The notes beneath the pieces were generated by a model. It was not told the DNA's origin. It worked only from the letters and a program-made list of their open reading frames with translations, and did not search any database. The translations under genes were made by a program, and so were the position numbers. A stretch of 64,000 bases of DNA from contig CM120649.1 in assembly GCA_051362555.1 (NCBI GenBank), forward strand, positions 868,001 through 932,000. The letters run 5' to 3'. Source of the DNA: Lingula anatina. Lineage: Eukaryota; Animalia; Brachiopoda. This document shows positions 14,662-30,198 of the stretch, one piece after another; positions within the stretch are counted from its first letter, which is position 1; every line of letters begins with the position of its first letter.

Positions 14662-15314
14662 CTAGTCAGATTACTGGCGTACTATGTGATCTGAATTATG
14701 TAATCCCGGGCGAAATATTATTTGATTATTCGATACATGTATATGTATCTTAACTAATAAGTTTAAATGTTGCCGCCAACTAAACCTTTTTTCATGCTTT
14801 CCCCCACTTAAGCATTTATGAAATATAAAAAAGGGAGCGGTTCTTAGTGTATGTGATAAGATAAGAGAAGTGAATCCAAATATTTTTTGTAATAATACCA
14901 TTGGTATCTGGGAGTGGTTATTGCTGCAGATGCAGTGTCCCGAAGGAGCCCATTCCAGTAATGAATTGTACACACAGACCATCCAATCATCGTAATGTAT
15001 TGTTCCTTGTTAACATTGGGGTATTTGTGCAGCAGATTATGATATGGCTGAGTTATCGGAGCAGTCAATGAAAATGGAAAAATACAACATTACACTTTTA
15101 TGAGGGGCTATAATCTTATATGGTTTATAAAAAAAGAGGCCAAAGCTCCAACACCAAAGCTTAAAAATTGTTTTCTGAGTATTTTGATTTGCAAGTGTAC
15201 TGCTACTACAGGCATCTATTAGATAGGAAACACCTATTTCATGTTTAATAATTTCGCAGGATGCGCTGTCCTATTATCTTAGATCTCTTGAATTGGGAAA
15301 TTCCCTGTGCATAT

Positions 15315-15481
15315 CAGGGTCGGATCCAGAGCTATTTTCTGTCAGTCTTCCAAATTATGTTTGTTGATCCATCTTCCATTTTTGACCGTCTCCCGACAGA
15401 AAAAAAATTAGATACCCGTCAATGTAAACACGAAAATCTGACCGTCTTCCAGAAACAGAAGACGGCCTCAATCCACCCCTG
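15315..15481 (+). mobile_element. Non-autonomous DNA transposon family B (CAGGG.CGGAT TIR, 5-bp TSD)
   Basis: TIR CAGGGTCGGAT / ATCCACCCCTG; flanks CATAT / TATAT; reverse-complement copy at 30199-30366. Confidence 0.75.
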
Positions 15482-16699
15482 TATATTGCAACATACGTAG
15501 GGTACAAGGATGAAAAATGTACTTGGTTTTTGCGTCATTTTGTTCGCCATGCTGTTTTTTTATCTTCCTCTTCCTGGGATATCTAGAACAGAGGGAGAGT
15601 GATGAGCTGAAGAACCTCAAAATCTTGGGAGGGGCTTATGCACGTTGCCCCCCCCCCCCCCCCCCCCCCCCCCCCGTCCCCCATAGCACCACTAACGTGT
15701 AGCTTTCTTGTCCTGCGTTAGTTTGAGTGTTATTTTATACGTATAGGGGTAATTTGTGACAATATTTAAGAACATTCTCAATAAAACAATGGACAGATGT
15801 TATCGCTGAATAATACGCATGCGCTAAGGAAAGCAGACTACAGATTCAACAAACAGACACAATAATTGCATACTCTGTCAGTGTTCATTTTTCTCAGTAC
15901 TACTATTTGTTGGATTTGTTTTTTCTCATTTTTCTCAGTACTACTATTTGTGGATTTGAATCTGCTATGGACAGACATTTGCGGAGAGTACGTCACAGGA
16001 ATTGGAAAATATATATATCTAGAGGAAGAAATGTTGGGTGGTCTCTCACACAGCACCTAGTACATGCAGATCTGTGCACGTAAAGAAAAAAAAGAGCATA
16101 TTCTAAATTAAAAAGTATTAATGCCAATCATTATTTTATAACAGCATTAGAGCTGTTACGTCACAACGTGTGTACTTTATGTTTTTGGGCAACACCCCCT
16201 TAAGTGGGATTTCTTGTTTTAGTTCGTACTAAATTGATGAACATGAAGTTACACGTGCGTATAATTGTAACTTTCGTTCCTTGCCTGTTCTGTCAGATTC
16301 TGCATCCTTGTTGGAATTCGTCCTTGTGATTTTTATCAAAAGTCAGACAGTTATTCGCATGTTACATTTAGATGCGCTGAGAATATTGTTTGACAAATGT
16401 GAAAATTCTGTTTAGCAAAGTTCACGTTTGTACACCTCTTTAAACCATTATGGTTAGCGTATTTCTCATACTGCATATACCTGTAGAGTTGAAACGGAAG
16501 AAAAAGCGGGGAAGGGCCACATTTTAGAAAGGACGCTAGGAGAAGTAAGTTAAAGTACACCTCCCAAGACCCAAATGGAAAGTACACGTCTGTCACAAGA
16601 AGCGACACATTGTTAGAATAATTACATTGAACTCCAGGCTGCTTCTCTCCAGAGATCAAGATATTATACAGTAATAATAAGACATCCGATTACTCCTTT

Positions 16700-16980
16700 T
16701 CATTCTCTGGGGCATGCAGCCCGCACAAGTTCAAACAATTCTTTCCAAGTCCATGTCAATTTTGTACGGGTTAGTCATAAAAGTCCATTTAAAGCGATTA
16801 TTGATGGGTTTAATCAGATGAGACTGCAGAATAAGAGGTTTATTCTCGTATGAGGTCTTGGTTGGATGACACTTGAGTGTTACAGGACTGAGGGTCATGT
16901 AGAAGGCGCAGTAAATTAGAGATTGGAATTAAAGAAATTAGGGAACGAAGTATTTGTATTGGAATAAAGTGAGGTGTGTG
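16700..16980 (-). mobile_element. Possible highly decayed CR1/L2 ORF2 3' relic
   Basis: Minus-strand translation ...HPTKTS...NNRFKWTF... followed by frameshifted PRT/DWNL-like codons. Pattern recognition only. Confidence 0.3.
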
Positions 16981-19900
16981 ACTTATAATGTCACATGCTA
17001 TAAATGTGTCATGTTAAAACAATTCTGCTTAAATACGAACGCGAGTTCTGGAAAAAAATACATCACAAAAAGGAATCAAATTTCGAAGTTTTATTAAAGC
17101 TACAAATATTAATTTTAATTTAAAAATATCGATGAAGGGCGTTGAATTTGAAATTTGAAAAGAAAAGGGAAAACGTGATTGCGATTGCTTGTGAGTGCCT
17201 GGGAGCAAGTAATGGGGAGGAGTTAGATTTGGGGTTTAGCGGAAATATGGATGACTATTTGCCAATCATCTTCCCCGTATACCCCTCAGAAAAATTCAAA
17301 TAATTCCCTCTTTCGACTTGGATACTAAAAAAGTTAACACTGAACTGATACTTGCGGACCCGAAAAGTTCACATACAACCGTCTTTAATTTAATCAACTC
17401 ATCAATAACTAAAACCTTTCGATCTGTTTGCGGGTTATGTCTTCCCGTCTAGACAGTAATCCGAGTCTTTACCATCGGTCTTGCAAAATACCAGCATGAA
17501 TAAAGAGGCCTATGAGTTAAGAGTGGCAGCAAATTATAGATTATTGCTTTTAGATTAACACAATTGTTCCCCAACTAAAAGGTCATTTTGGAACAACGTG
17601 GGATTGTTGGCTGAGCAATAAAAACCATTAACTTGTTATATTTGTATCACGCAAATGTGTCTTATTTGGCAGGTATACGATATCGGTGATTCCCCGAGAG
17701 ATTTTTTGCAACAGGGTATAAAATGTGGATTTACTTCAAAACTCCAATTCCCGTGGTGCATTTATGAATGTATTTCTGGCATTGAAATGACGCTGAAGCA
17801 AGTTGAAATTTTGTGCCTCTCACTCTATGGCGTAAATGTGTATGTCAAGAGGTTTTGAAGGCAAGGCATTTATACATCGGCCATTCACATTTCAAACCTT
17901 TAGTATAGCTATAGACAGCAGCTGAAAACAAGATGGCGGTCTATACAAAGACATCATAGCTCATTTGCTATACGAATTGACTACACTATATATATGAATT
18001 TAAATGGGAGATTTTCGAAACGCGAAAGTGTTTAACTAACGAATGCTAAAAACAAAGGTCCCACATTTTCCTGAAGCTAAATATTCCATGCCTGCATAAA
18101 TTGCACCGGTAATGCTCTCTCCCAATTTAGGCCTAGAAAAAGTTTCCTCAAAAGAAAAGACCTGATGTATGTATTCCCTGTGAAATGCACAGGATAATGT
18201 GACAATATAAAGGTAACGAAAAACATTTACAACTAAATTATTTACTTTAAAGTGGTTTAAATAATCGGACCCAAATTACACAGACGAGTCAAGCAATGAC
18301 CACATGTGTACAGGCAAATTAATTTTTTCAAATAAAACTCGATTCGGAGGGAAAATTCCTCGTAGGATACCTTCACGTATGGTCCGTAAAAACTCTAAGG
18401 ACTGTACTTTTAAGCTTCTGAGCACGTAACATTACAACGGACAAGGACATGTGAACTAATGACCCAACTTCGCCAATGACGTGTCAGGTGGGACCTCAAA
18501 ACTTGATCTTATCACATTACAGGGCGCGGAATGACAATCATGATCCATAAATATACAATTGTATCCATTATTCATGGCCGTTCAGTTCCCATTACGGGAT
18601 CAAAGAGTGAGGTTGAACGGCACATCAATCAATTTAACCTGCAAGGGCATTGGTGGAACCGGGGCAGACACCTGGGCGCGCTAGTACCATCCCTACAGGC
18701 GCTTCCAGTTTCTTCGCTAATGTGTAGGGGGAGGGGGCTGTATTAAGGTGTGTCGTGCCATGCTATGCAAATATAAACCCGTCGACGAGGACAGTTTCAC
18801 TTTCATATTAAGGACAAAGGGGTGTGAAATCGGTAGGGTTTGTCGCGACTTTTACGGAAGTAGAGGAGGGGTTCTCAAAATTCAGGGAAGGGGCGCGTGC
18901 TACCAGTAGCTATGCCCTCCTCTGGGTTGATCGGAAATTGAAACATCCCCTATTCGTCTAGCCACCAGTTTCTTTATTACACTTTTAACCCACTTATTCC
19001 ACCTTGAATCACACCTTCTTCATGTCGGTAAAATGCTGAACTCTACATTCCGGCAGCGGGTCTAGTAGATGCCGTAAGAAAGGAATTGAGAAAGATGAAA
19101 AACGCTGTCCCTTCCATGTTTTTTCTACTGTTTTACCTGACATTACAACTCCCTTAACAACCTACAATTTCCTTCACTGCCATCCAGTCTCCCAAATAGA
19201 GGAGTGAGCGAACTGCTTTAATTGAAATAAAAACTTGCATCTGAGGAAGAAGAGATATCCAGAAGGTCGCTCACCTCATACAACAAGTACACACGAGAAT
19301 CAATACACGGCGCTGAGTTCATATTTTTTTTCTTGACACAAACTCTTCCCAGTGAATTGTATGTGTTATATTACAAATGTAGAATAATCTAATATGGTGA
19401 ACACTGACACAACTACCTGGCCATTTTTTAGCTGAAAGGGATCTAAAACCCTTGGTTCCCCAACCACACCGGTCTTTTGTTAGTTGCTTGATCTTCGAAA
19501 ATCTTGTCATGCCATTTTCAAGTCATATATAATATTATTCAATTACAAAATGTCCTTTAACTCGATGAACCATATTGCATATCGGTTTAAAATATGAGTA
19601 CATTCGGAATAGGTTGCCAAAATAAAAAAAAGGATTATGACGAGAAATGTCATTCTGTCTAAAAACAACGGTATGAATATCCCAATCTGTTGCACATTTT
19701 CCATGAGAAGTAGATTTAATAAATATGAAATAAGTTCAAGGTAGCTACTGGAATCTGCCTTTGTTGAAGTAGCCATATTGTTCTAATACGATAGACATAC
19801 ATTGGTTGCATCTGCCTTGCATCACGCCAAGCACCATTATTGATCCATATAACCTTACAGCGCCTTCAGACCGACGCAGACGATAAGTTCCCGGCTGAGT

Positions 19901-21736
19901 TACCGACATCGTGTTATATGACCTACAGCTAAGGTCGCCAACTTGATTTCCATTTCCTTTTCTACAGAGAATGCGGCGTGAAAATCAAAAGTGCGCTCTG
20001 TCATTGACTTCCGCACTCTCAGTTTCATAACCCGACCCACGACTGAGCTGAGAGTTCTAAGTGTGCGCTGGGCTTGCAGGAACCCTCCCCCCTCCCCCTT
20101 AACCTGGCTAATTATGTGTTATTTCAACAAACACCAGGCTAGATCGATGGCATCCCCAGGCCGCCCAGCTCTACTATCCCCTAAGCTTTACCAATTAAGT
20201 AAATGATCAATCGATCGGCCTTAGTTTATCGTGCTCCGAGGAAACATTTGGACGTGTTCATCTCAATAACATATATATTATATCAAGGCTTTTAAATCTA
20301 TATTCATATATTGTATGCTAGAAAAGTAACTGATATATTATATTAAGGCTTACAAATCTATATTTATATATTTTATAGGAAAAGTACCCGTTCAGAGGAC
20401 GCGTAGGGAGTTAGTTAGTGTCTAGTTTCTGCACGTTGGCAAGGCAAGGATATTTACTGCAAACGAGATTATCTTGACCAAAGATGGGCCTCTCTTATCT
20501 CATTAAATAGATGTACTGTATATGTACCGTAACACGTCAATTTGAAGGCTTCAAGTCACGTTTATAAGTCGATATGATTTACTTCATTTCGGTATATCAA
20601 CATTTATTTCGCCATATTCGTTCGTACATTTGGGAATTTCCATGTGAAAAAGCAAGAAAAAAATTACATAGCTCCTACTGAGCCTTGCTTTAATGATTAC
20701 AGTGTCTTTAACTCTACTGAGTCCTGTAGACATTGTTCTTGCAATGTTCTGTGCAGTTTGACAAATGACACACACAGGTCTATCTTAGACGTACACCTGT
20801 TGTATGGCTATTATCGAACATGTTACCTTATTCTTAAAGTGTAAGCATGTGAGCGAACAGTGAGTAATTCTCAATAGCAGGCTGGCGGAGACAGTCGGTA
20901 TGATTTATGAACGTAGCACGATCCGGCAAATGTCTGAAACTGTTTCTAAGGAGAGTTGCTTTTGCTTAAGCACGGATGAGGCCTCCCTCCACTGGGTTGA
21001 AACCGAAATCGAGAAATAGAACCGTTTATGATTGATTTGCAGAGGTGTATCATTGGTGTCCTTGCAAATGAAAAATTATTTTGAAAAATCATTTCGAGTT
21101 CTATTGCACAAGAGGTGTTTTATTTTGACAACCATATTGAGGAAATATTTAAAATTGAGTATTTTTTTGTGCGCAGGATGCTTAGTTGTTAAAAAGCAGG
21201 ATAGCATATGTTGCCTTCAGTATAAGCATATGGTTGTCATTCTCTCTAAATATTGACCATATAAAGAGTGTTATCTTTGCTGACCTCCAATCTAGCTATT
21301 ATAATCCCTGATATTTTACATAAGAAAAACGTCTCAAGATAATTTTAGATCATACAAACACAAATTTTACTGAGAACCTAATTTTTGGAATAAACATGTG
21401 TCCTTCAATTATTTCTATTCTAGAAAGTACGACAATACCACCTCAATTTCTCCCACATTTTAAGAAGCTGTGCAATTATTGGAACACTGTTGCTTCACAT
21501 CAATTATTGCCAGTAACCTGAAAACAGGATATCGAGTTAGACAGCGACAGTTCACCCTACGTGAATTGTGTGTTGCCGTTTACTTGTGTTCTCAGGATTT
21601 GCCAGGCTGTTGAGGTTTGAAACCGAGAAAACCGTCAGCACACTGCGTTCTTGTATTAATGGTAGTTTATGGTCTCTAGTCTTTGTTGACAAGAGGCAAA
21701 CGCCCTCCCTCCACCTCGACCCCCCCCCATCTCCAA

Positions 21737-21760
21737 AACACTAACACATACACACTCACG

Positions 21761-21828
<68 letters not shown>

Positions 21829-21875
21829 TACAATCACAAAACAATCACAGACACAAACACACACACAACACATAC
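21737..21875. repeat. (CA)n microsatellite with degenerate flanks
   Basis: Seen directly. Confidence 0.9.
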
Positions 21876-23499
21876 ATTTGGTTAAGCGTCAAGTACTCTC
21901 ACTTAATTGAGCATGACCTCAACTTTCGCCATATTACTCGGCCTCGACTTAATCTCAGCAAGTGGTCAAAAAATGGTCACGGTCTTGTAGTTAACCCCAA
22001 CCCCACCCCCACCCCTCCCCCACCCCACTATCTGTAAGACTAGGGGGACTTCTCGCTGGATCTGGCGTTCCTTCGTGTCGTTACCCTTATTGAACGTCCA
22101 AACCACGGGGGATCCACGGGGGTTCCAGTGTGGATTAGTGGAGATCAATATTTTGGTTTGAATAACATGTTCTGTAAAACTATAGGTAGTTCCTAAAAGC
22201 TGGCCGTTGTGTTGCAACATGATGCGTCATGTTATTGACAACTAAGTTTTGCAATAAACTCACAATGCCAGGTTCTTGGAAACAAAACCATGAGATGATG
22301 TCCGAATTGAAAACTCAACCCTTGGTAAATAGCAATCTAGAAAAAGCACCGTGTCACTTCAGTGATTGTTTTTGATCGTTTTCTGGGAAAATATACAAAA
22401 ATATCCGTTTCAAGCTTTTTTTACCCCCAGGTCATTTATGACCGTAAATTGGTTTAAGTTTGATTGGCGTGTTTTGAGACACCGAGGGCTTTTACTGGAG
22501 TGCAGGATATTGTTTCGATTGTATGGACGATAAGTCTATGCCATGAAGATCTCTTAAAGAACTTCGTTTGGCAATGAGTATCTAAGTATATATCCACAGG
22601 ATTTGCTTCCTGCTTGGCTAAAGTGACAATATCTTTTCTTTTATTTTTGTTAGACAAAACTAATTTTATGACATACTTACCCCGTGTATGTTTCAAATTG
22701 GGCAACTTTTTAAAACTTACTTTTAGTTGGGTGGGGTGCTTATTACCTTACCGATGGACCGTTAGAGACCTTCCATTGGCGTCAACGTTATATGAAAGAT
22801 CATTTTAAGAATTACAATGAGTTAAATGAGGATGAATATTGATTTGTTTCAGGGGGGTTGCTTTAAGAAGTGTTGCAATAAGTATTGCAATAAGCCCCCT
22901 TTTATGATTGCTTCTCAGAAACAGAAGTCATTCCTACCTATATGACGCATTTCTGACGTTGTCGAAGACTTAGCGATGTCCCTTTTTCACTGACCATTCC
23001 TTTATATTTTGGTCTGAAAAACCAATAGGCTTATCCATACATTTACAAAGTACGCACATTCTGTTCCATACTTTGAAATATACTTATGTACTTAAAAGTT
23101 ATAGAATGTTCACTGCGTTACGTTGATAAATTTTAAGTTTTTGCTTTGATATACATTATTGTACAGAAATGAGAGTAATTCTCGTATCGTTGTTAAAATG
23201 TTGTCAAGATGACGTTTAGCATACAATGCATGGTTTCCCAGTCATGACGCAGTTCCATTCCGAAGACAAAGGTAAATAGAAAAGTACCCATTCAAAGGCC
23301 GCGAAGGGCTATGACATAGTTCAGAAAGTGAATTAGTAGAACTCACGGTTTCCTTTGGAAAGGGAAAGTACATATATTGGAGATAATGCATTCTTCAGTA
23401 TTTAGAAAAAAACGGTACCTTTAATTTTACATTTACAACACAAGTCCTTGTACACAACATTACAGGTGGTAGGAGTGGGACAGCAGATTCTCAATCTAA

Positions 23500-23714
23500 G
23501 ACCCCATTTCCAGTTATTAGATCGATCTACTTTAGATCGACCTAACTCCCTGGGGGTTCACGCTAAATAGCTGTCAGCCGGGCGGACACGAAAGTTAATT
23601 ACCCCCTTACAGCTTGTAGTAGGCGGGACGGACATTTAAGCCGGATTATCTGACAGTAATCTAGTGAGACTCCCCGCGGGGATAGATCGATCTAAAAGCT
23701 CTGGGAATCAGCCC
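23500..23714. mobile_element. Degenerate family A foldback MITE
   Basis: Starts TAA|GACCCCATTTCC and has TAGATCGATCTA near both ends; internal motifs match the 24068 copy. Confidence 0.6.
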
Positions 23715-24067
23715 ATCATTAGCGCCAAAATGCGGCCTTGCAACGTACATGCCGTGCAGAAGAACAATTCTCATCATTTTTCTGCTTATACCCTCCCCTT
23801 TCATTAAAGGGTGGTAATTAACTTGGGCAGACATAATTTGAATGATGCCAATAATTCACTTTTCCTCATTTATTGATGTATAACACACATAAATATATTC
23901 TATAAGTGTATATAATATAGATTAATGCACAAAATATCAATTTCTTTGGGAAAAAATTGAAAAAATAATGAATAGTCCTTGAGACACCTGTCATGGCTCC
24001 CCTAGTATAAGACATTTGAATGGACCTCTACTGACTTTTCCTGTGGCAGACTAAATGTTTGGTCTTA

Positions 24068-24314
24068 CACCCCATTCCCATACCTAGATCGATCTAGCGG
24101 GATCGACCCATCTCCGAGGGCCTTCTCGCTAAATTACATTCCGCTTTTACCGCTCTGATGCTTGACACACGTACTGAAGCTGTAAGAGGGTAGTTAACTA
24201 TCGATTAGCGGCTTCATTAGGCGTGCCAGGCATCTAATCTGAGTGCAATTTAGAGAGAATCCCCTCGGAGATGGGTCGATCTTGCTAGATCGATCTAGGT
24301 ATGGAGATGGGGTC
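24068..24314. mobile_element. PIF/Harbinger-like foldback MITE, family A (best-preserved copy)
   Basis: Long TIRs CACCCCATTCCCATACCTAGATCGATCTAGCGGGATCGACCCATCTCCGAGGG / CCCTCGGAGATGGGTCGATCTTGCTAGATCGATCTAGGTATGGAGATGGGGTC; TTA target duplication at 24065-67 and 24315-17. Confidence 0.88.
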
Positions 24315-27148
24315 TTAAAGTTTAGACTAGTCTTCGGGTTACAACCTTTTTGAGAAACATGTACTTTACGTAAACATTTAATAAATTATCGTCTGGAAAA
24401 TTGTGGCACTGGTTTCTATTAAGAGAATTGCTACGTTCTAAACAAATGGGCACCGGAAAAATGAACAACGAATGAGAAATTCTTTTCCTTAAGATAATTT
24501 TCTAAAGTTGTTCCAACTGGTGGGCAGTCAGGCCAAATGTGTTTTTAATGGGTGTGCATTAACTTCCTGTGTCGATGACTTTACAGCAGTTGAAATAAGC
24601 GTACTGGTGTGAACTTTTTCTTCCAAGACATCTTTGAAATCTTTAAGTGAAATGCAAAAGTTTTCATAACACGTTTCCTTATTGCAGGAAATAACACGCA
24701 CGCAAATGTATTGCCCGGGATTCTTTAACTCACTGAATTTGTTCCCAGTGTGTGCAATGAAAAATTGCCTTACTTAACTGAACTTGACATTTTGTGTGGC
24801 ACCGTGACGACCTTTTTAAATACCAAGTGTAAACATTAAATATTATTTTGAAAAGAATTAAATGCGAGGAAATATAAAGCATAGAACTGTCATGCCCAGA
24901 ACTTCACTTCCTGTAGACTTTTAATCAATGTGATGGGGGAAACGTACTTTGTAAGAGCAATTTATAATCATCCTATATTGAAGTAATTATACCACTTAAT
25001 CAGCGGGCTCCCCCATTAAAAGACAATTTGACTGTCAAAAAAAGAGGCATGCTAATTTCATTCTAGAGAAAACGTCTTGTCCTTTGAACACCCTGCCACT
25101 AAGGAATTGTAGGGAAGTGTACTTTAACAAAACTGTTCATAATCTACATTGTATTTTCTTGTGTGTTTGAGGACGTCTGCAATAATGGCCTCAGATCCGT
25201 TTCGGAAATGGCAAACCGCGAAGGAAAAGAGAAGTAGATTTTTAAATAATGTTTTTAGGGAGTGATTTCCCCTGAGTAAAGCGGAATGAAAAGTTAAAAA
25301 GGAAGGATATGATCATAATGATGAACTTCACCTTATGGGGGTGATCCCAAATTCAAATCAAAGTAAGAAGTGAATGCGTTTCATGCCGATAGTTTCTTTT
25401 TACGGATTATGATTAAATATATTACAGATATAAAATATCGTTGTTGAGGTCGGAAGGAAAATCGTATATTTTTTCGTACAAAATTGCACTTATATTTTTG
25501 TTTTGAGTGAGATACATGTTTAGATACCATAACTCTCTTTCCTTGCAGAAGTAAAGTGTGCACCATATAAGAGTGACTGACAATTTTTGCAATATTATGA
25601 TTTTCCCAATTGGAATCGTGTGTAGAAGGGAGGGGTAAACGAAGATTAGAAGAGGTGGAAAATAATTTGATCAGCATTTGATGATAATTCCCATATTGAA
25701 ATACACCATTGGTATACAACGGATACAAGGAAAGGTGTGCAATAATATGTTTGCAATCTTGGGATAATTCCTTTTTCGTAATTAGATTTTGATCAAGACG
25801 GAGATAATGATTGGTGAAAAACTAAGTGGTCGTTATCTTTGTTATCACAGTTTGACAGACATTTTCCTTTAGCGTTGGAAGTGCTTAATCATAGGGAAGG
25901 GGAAGATCATTAGTGGTGGGGAAATAATTAAACAGTAGCATATAGAATGAGTTTCCATCAAAGGTCGCTGTTGCGTTATGGGTCCAGTGTGTTGTCACAA
26001 CATAACTCCAGGGAGAGGGCCCTTTCTCGTATTTTGGTCATTTCAGGGCCCGAGTAGACCCTCACTGGTCAAACGGTAAACCAAGAGTCCGACAGGCGGT
26101 CATTTAAAACCGGAAGTCTCACACGGATGAGTAGATAGTATAGTAACTTAATCACCGGACTCTACGTTTCACAATTTGTCGGCGGGACCCTCTTTTTCAA
26201 TCCTGTTTTAGACACCATACATGTACCGGGTCCCTGGTTTCTGTACCTAATAATTCTTGATTTGTTACCGGTCTGAAGATTTGTTATGCAATTCCGTTTG
26301 GTCATTGTATAAAAAGATCGAAAAGGATTGAATTATAGAGCAGACTGCCATATTTTCCTCTGGTATCAATCCACTTGGATATCCACCTAAAATCCTAAGC
26401 GGTCCTTTGATAAATGTATGCCGACAAAAAATACAATTGTAGAATATTGAAGGCAAAATGTCGTTAAATGATGAAGAAGTACCGTTAAAAGCAAAGCATC
26501 TTTTCCTACTAATTGCAATACGTGCGAGCCAGAAGTGATTTTAAAACGATCAACGAGAACATGAATGCAAAATAATTATTGAAGGAATTGGTGAACAAAA
26601 AACCCTAACTAAACAAAGCATTTTTGATACACACAATATCCTTCATATAATCATTAGGAATCGAACTGTTTCGAAAAGCGAAGTCGCAGAAAACGCCAGC
26701 TGAAATTTCAGGACAAAGAAAATTAAATTGTCCTTAACCAAAGGTCATCATAGCTACGCGATTGTAGGAATATTGTTTTGCTAACATATACATCTAAACG
26801 GTCTTGAAACCTTAAATAGCTTAAAAACAATTACTTTGTAGAATCAAAATGCTGCGAGATGAATATCAATGAAACAAAAGTAGAGTCAACAGAAATTTGG
26901 GCCATAACGGTAATTGGAGTCACTTTATTGTTCTTTATTTAGATACTAAGTGGACGTCCTCTGTAATGGCTCCATTTCCGAGCAAACCTCATTGGGGCGA
27001 ATATTTCTGAGTGAAGCATAGAAGTCATTTCCTTAATGTCTATTAGCAAACGGGCAGTAAAGCTGATGAACTTGATAATTTACCCCTATCCTTGGCAATG
27101 CTAAAAAATGGAAATTCCACATGACAGTGGCACAATTAAGAGCCTTTG

Positions 27149-27149
<1 letters not shown>

Positions 27150-27179
<30 letters not shown>

Positions 27180-27187
27180 GAAAACCT

Positions 27188-27230
<43 letters not shown>

Positions 27231-27283
27231 AAGAGAAAGAGAGAGTAAAACCTAAAATAAGAGAGAGAGAGAGAGGAAAACCT

Positions 27284-27327
<44 letters not shown>

Positions 27328-27445
27328 AAACCTTACAGAAGAGAGAGAAAGGAAGAGAAAGAGAGAGGAAAACCTAAATTAAGAATTTAGAGAGAGGGGG
27401 GAGAGAGAGAGAGGGGAAACCTGAAATAAGAGAGAGAGAGAGAGG
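27150..27445. repeat. Compound (GA)n-GGAAAACCTAAAATAA minisatellite
   Basis: An AAAACCTAAAATAA-like spacer recurs about 6 times between GA runs. Confidence 0.9.
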
Positions 27446-30198
27446 ACGGGGTGAGAGATCTAGATAATTCAACAGGTCCATTGTGTAGACCGGACCCCTC
27501 CTGTATGTACGGTAAAGCAATGCACTATTCGTGATCAATGCCCAGAAGACATACAATAATGTTTCTACGAGGAAGAAAAATGTGCCTAACCAATTCCTAT
27601 TAGCTGCATGAATTTTCACAATATTGGCATTTTCACCCAGCTAATGACACCAGTAGCAAGGCAATTAGGTAAGCGGTCGTTCCAGGTTATTTATTGCCAC
27701 GTTCCCTGTTATTTATGATGTCAATTCCATGTTTTTTATGATACCGGAACCTCCTTCACTACATTTTATTGAAGCGTAGATACGTTGTTAGTACCCCATC
27801 CATCTCATTCAGAAAGCAGTATGAGGAGAAATATTTCGGTGAAGCACTTCGTGTACTCGTAGTGTGTAAATTACGCCATTTCGTTTAAATAGAAGCATGA
27901 TAAATAGTTGATAAATTCTACTGCGCAATACTGTATTAGAATTACGTATTTCAAATCAAATACCTTCATGCAAAACTAGATTAATGTGTTGCATCACCTT
28001 CTGGGGATAGCGCGGAAGTTAAGCAAACGGAGATAACGGTCTATGAAAGGCAAAGATGCTGATTTAGTGACGGGAAATAAACTGTATGAAATGGGTCACA
28101 TCGCACTTCAAACGCTTTCTCTTGATGTCAAAGGTGAACTGCGTTTTATTCATTCATTCTAATCTTGTCCAAACGAAGAATGACAACTCTTATTTAACTT
28201 CCGTTTGTCCCTGGATTTCGAACCATCTCTTACAAAAATAAATGCGAAATTTAAATCTAAATCCAGTTTCTACAAAACGCTATTTGAAGAAACCCTCTCT
28301 GGAACGCGGCCATAAAACTCGGTCCTTTGCTTTTTATTGTACAATGTACTTGTAAGATAAAAATGTTGCTGCTTTGTACTTGACAGCATCTATCAATGCA
28401 TAACGAAAATATATGTAACTTGTTTGAGGTTTGTCCAACAACGATAGTAATTTTGCTGGTAATTAGGAAATATTGAATAATATCTTAACGCCGCTCTAGC
28501 TACAGTGTAGTATCTGTGAGACGCCATTTCAGAATCGAAATGACGTCGGTACGTCGAAAATGTTCTGTTAGGATAAAAATCAACCGAACTAGTAGTTAAG
28601 TACAAAGTTATTATAAAGGAACAGAGCTCATCAGGAGGCCGGACAAAAATGAAAACAATTCATTTATTTTGTCATAACCTACTGGGGTGAGATTTCAACA
28701 GATAACTCTAAAAAACCTCCTTTTCGAATAAACCGCCAATACGGATTTTAGAATAACGATTTATGGGTAACCAAAGAGCTTCCAGGTCAGCCACAATTAG
28801 TCAACTGGAGATAATCGGAGAATAAATCAACGTTTTTGGAGCCATAAGGCCTAATCTCAGTCGCATTAAGAATCCAGCAAAATGCACTCTCATATTTCAG
28901 TGTCTTAATTAGAGAATCTATTAATATTCCCATTACTCTGGAGCAGCTTTCACTTCAAACGTAGAGATAAATTGATGCCATAAGTGGAAATTTGTGAAGA
29001 CAAAACACTGACGGATCCAAGATTTTGCTAAGGTGGGGGGGGGGAGGCACAAAAAAAAAACGAAAATGGTAGCATTGATTTGTAAGGCACAAGGATTAAA
29101 ATAATGCTTGTTTTCTATCATATCATTCGTAAGACTGTTTTCTTAGTTTTATTTAGTAGAATAGAAAGGGACTCCCTGAGGCTCAAGGATCGATGAGGAC
29201 TGAATCCACCATTGAAAACAGCTGAAAATAGTAGAGACATGAAAAACTCATGAAAAGTTTTGGAGAATGAGAATAATCCTTCAAAATGTGTACAAACCAA
29301 TACTTTTATCTGTGTCAGTGGGACATGTTTGGCCTACTGCCAATATACATAGACCAATAAGAACCTTCTCAAGCGAAAGATGCATCTCTAGCGTTTGGCT
29401 AAGAACAAAAATAGCTAGTATTCCTCTGACAGTTAATTATCTGCAGCATTTGCATGGGTGGGAACAGCCACGCAAATTGTTTTGACATCTCTCTTTAAGG
29501 GTTAATTAAAGGTCGAAAGCCACTGTCCAAACCAATTCACGTAGACTCACGTGGGGGTTCGAAGGTTCTGATTAGGGGGGTCCCAGTGGAGATCAAGGTG
29601 CCCCTTTGCGCCTGCGCAGTTGTAACTCGAGTTGTCGTGGACAAGATAGGCCACCAAGTGGTCCTCTGAGTGCAGACAACTTCTGTTGAAGTTGATGGCT
29701 ACCGCACGATTGCTTTTCCCAATTTTTGACAGATCAGATAACATTTCCGCTAAAAGGCAACCCCCACGCGCCGATAATCTGACTTGCAGTGCATTTGATG
29801 TCAGCGGATCCCAATGGCTCTCGAAAAATCTCATCGAAATATGTAAAGGTTTGAAGATGCGTAAAAATTCAATAATAAATGATAATAAAATAAACACACA
29901 AAAGGAAGAAAATTAGATAAATTGCAATATTGAACGATCACAATTGGGCTGTATGAAAGAAGAAAAAAGGGGGAACGGGTACTGGTATTGGTCAATTTGG
30001 GAAATACAATCCACCTTCTTTGCGTATCGAAATGGAATGGAGGTGGTGAGGAGGTGAAATCATTTACCGTATGGTCATTTATGACGAGATTTCTTCAAGC
30101 TTTATGCGCCTGGTCTCTCTTCTCAATTGGTGTTAGCGCTCATCTGCCACAAGCCCTATACTGGAATAAGTCAAGAGAACTGTTCTAACTACCTGATG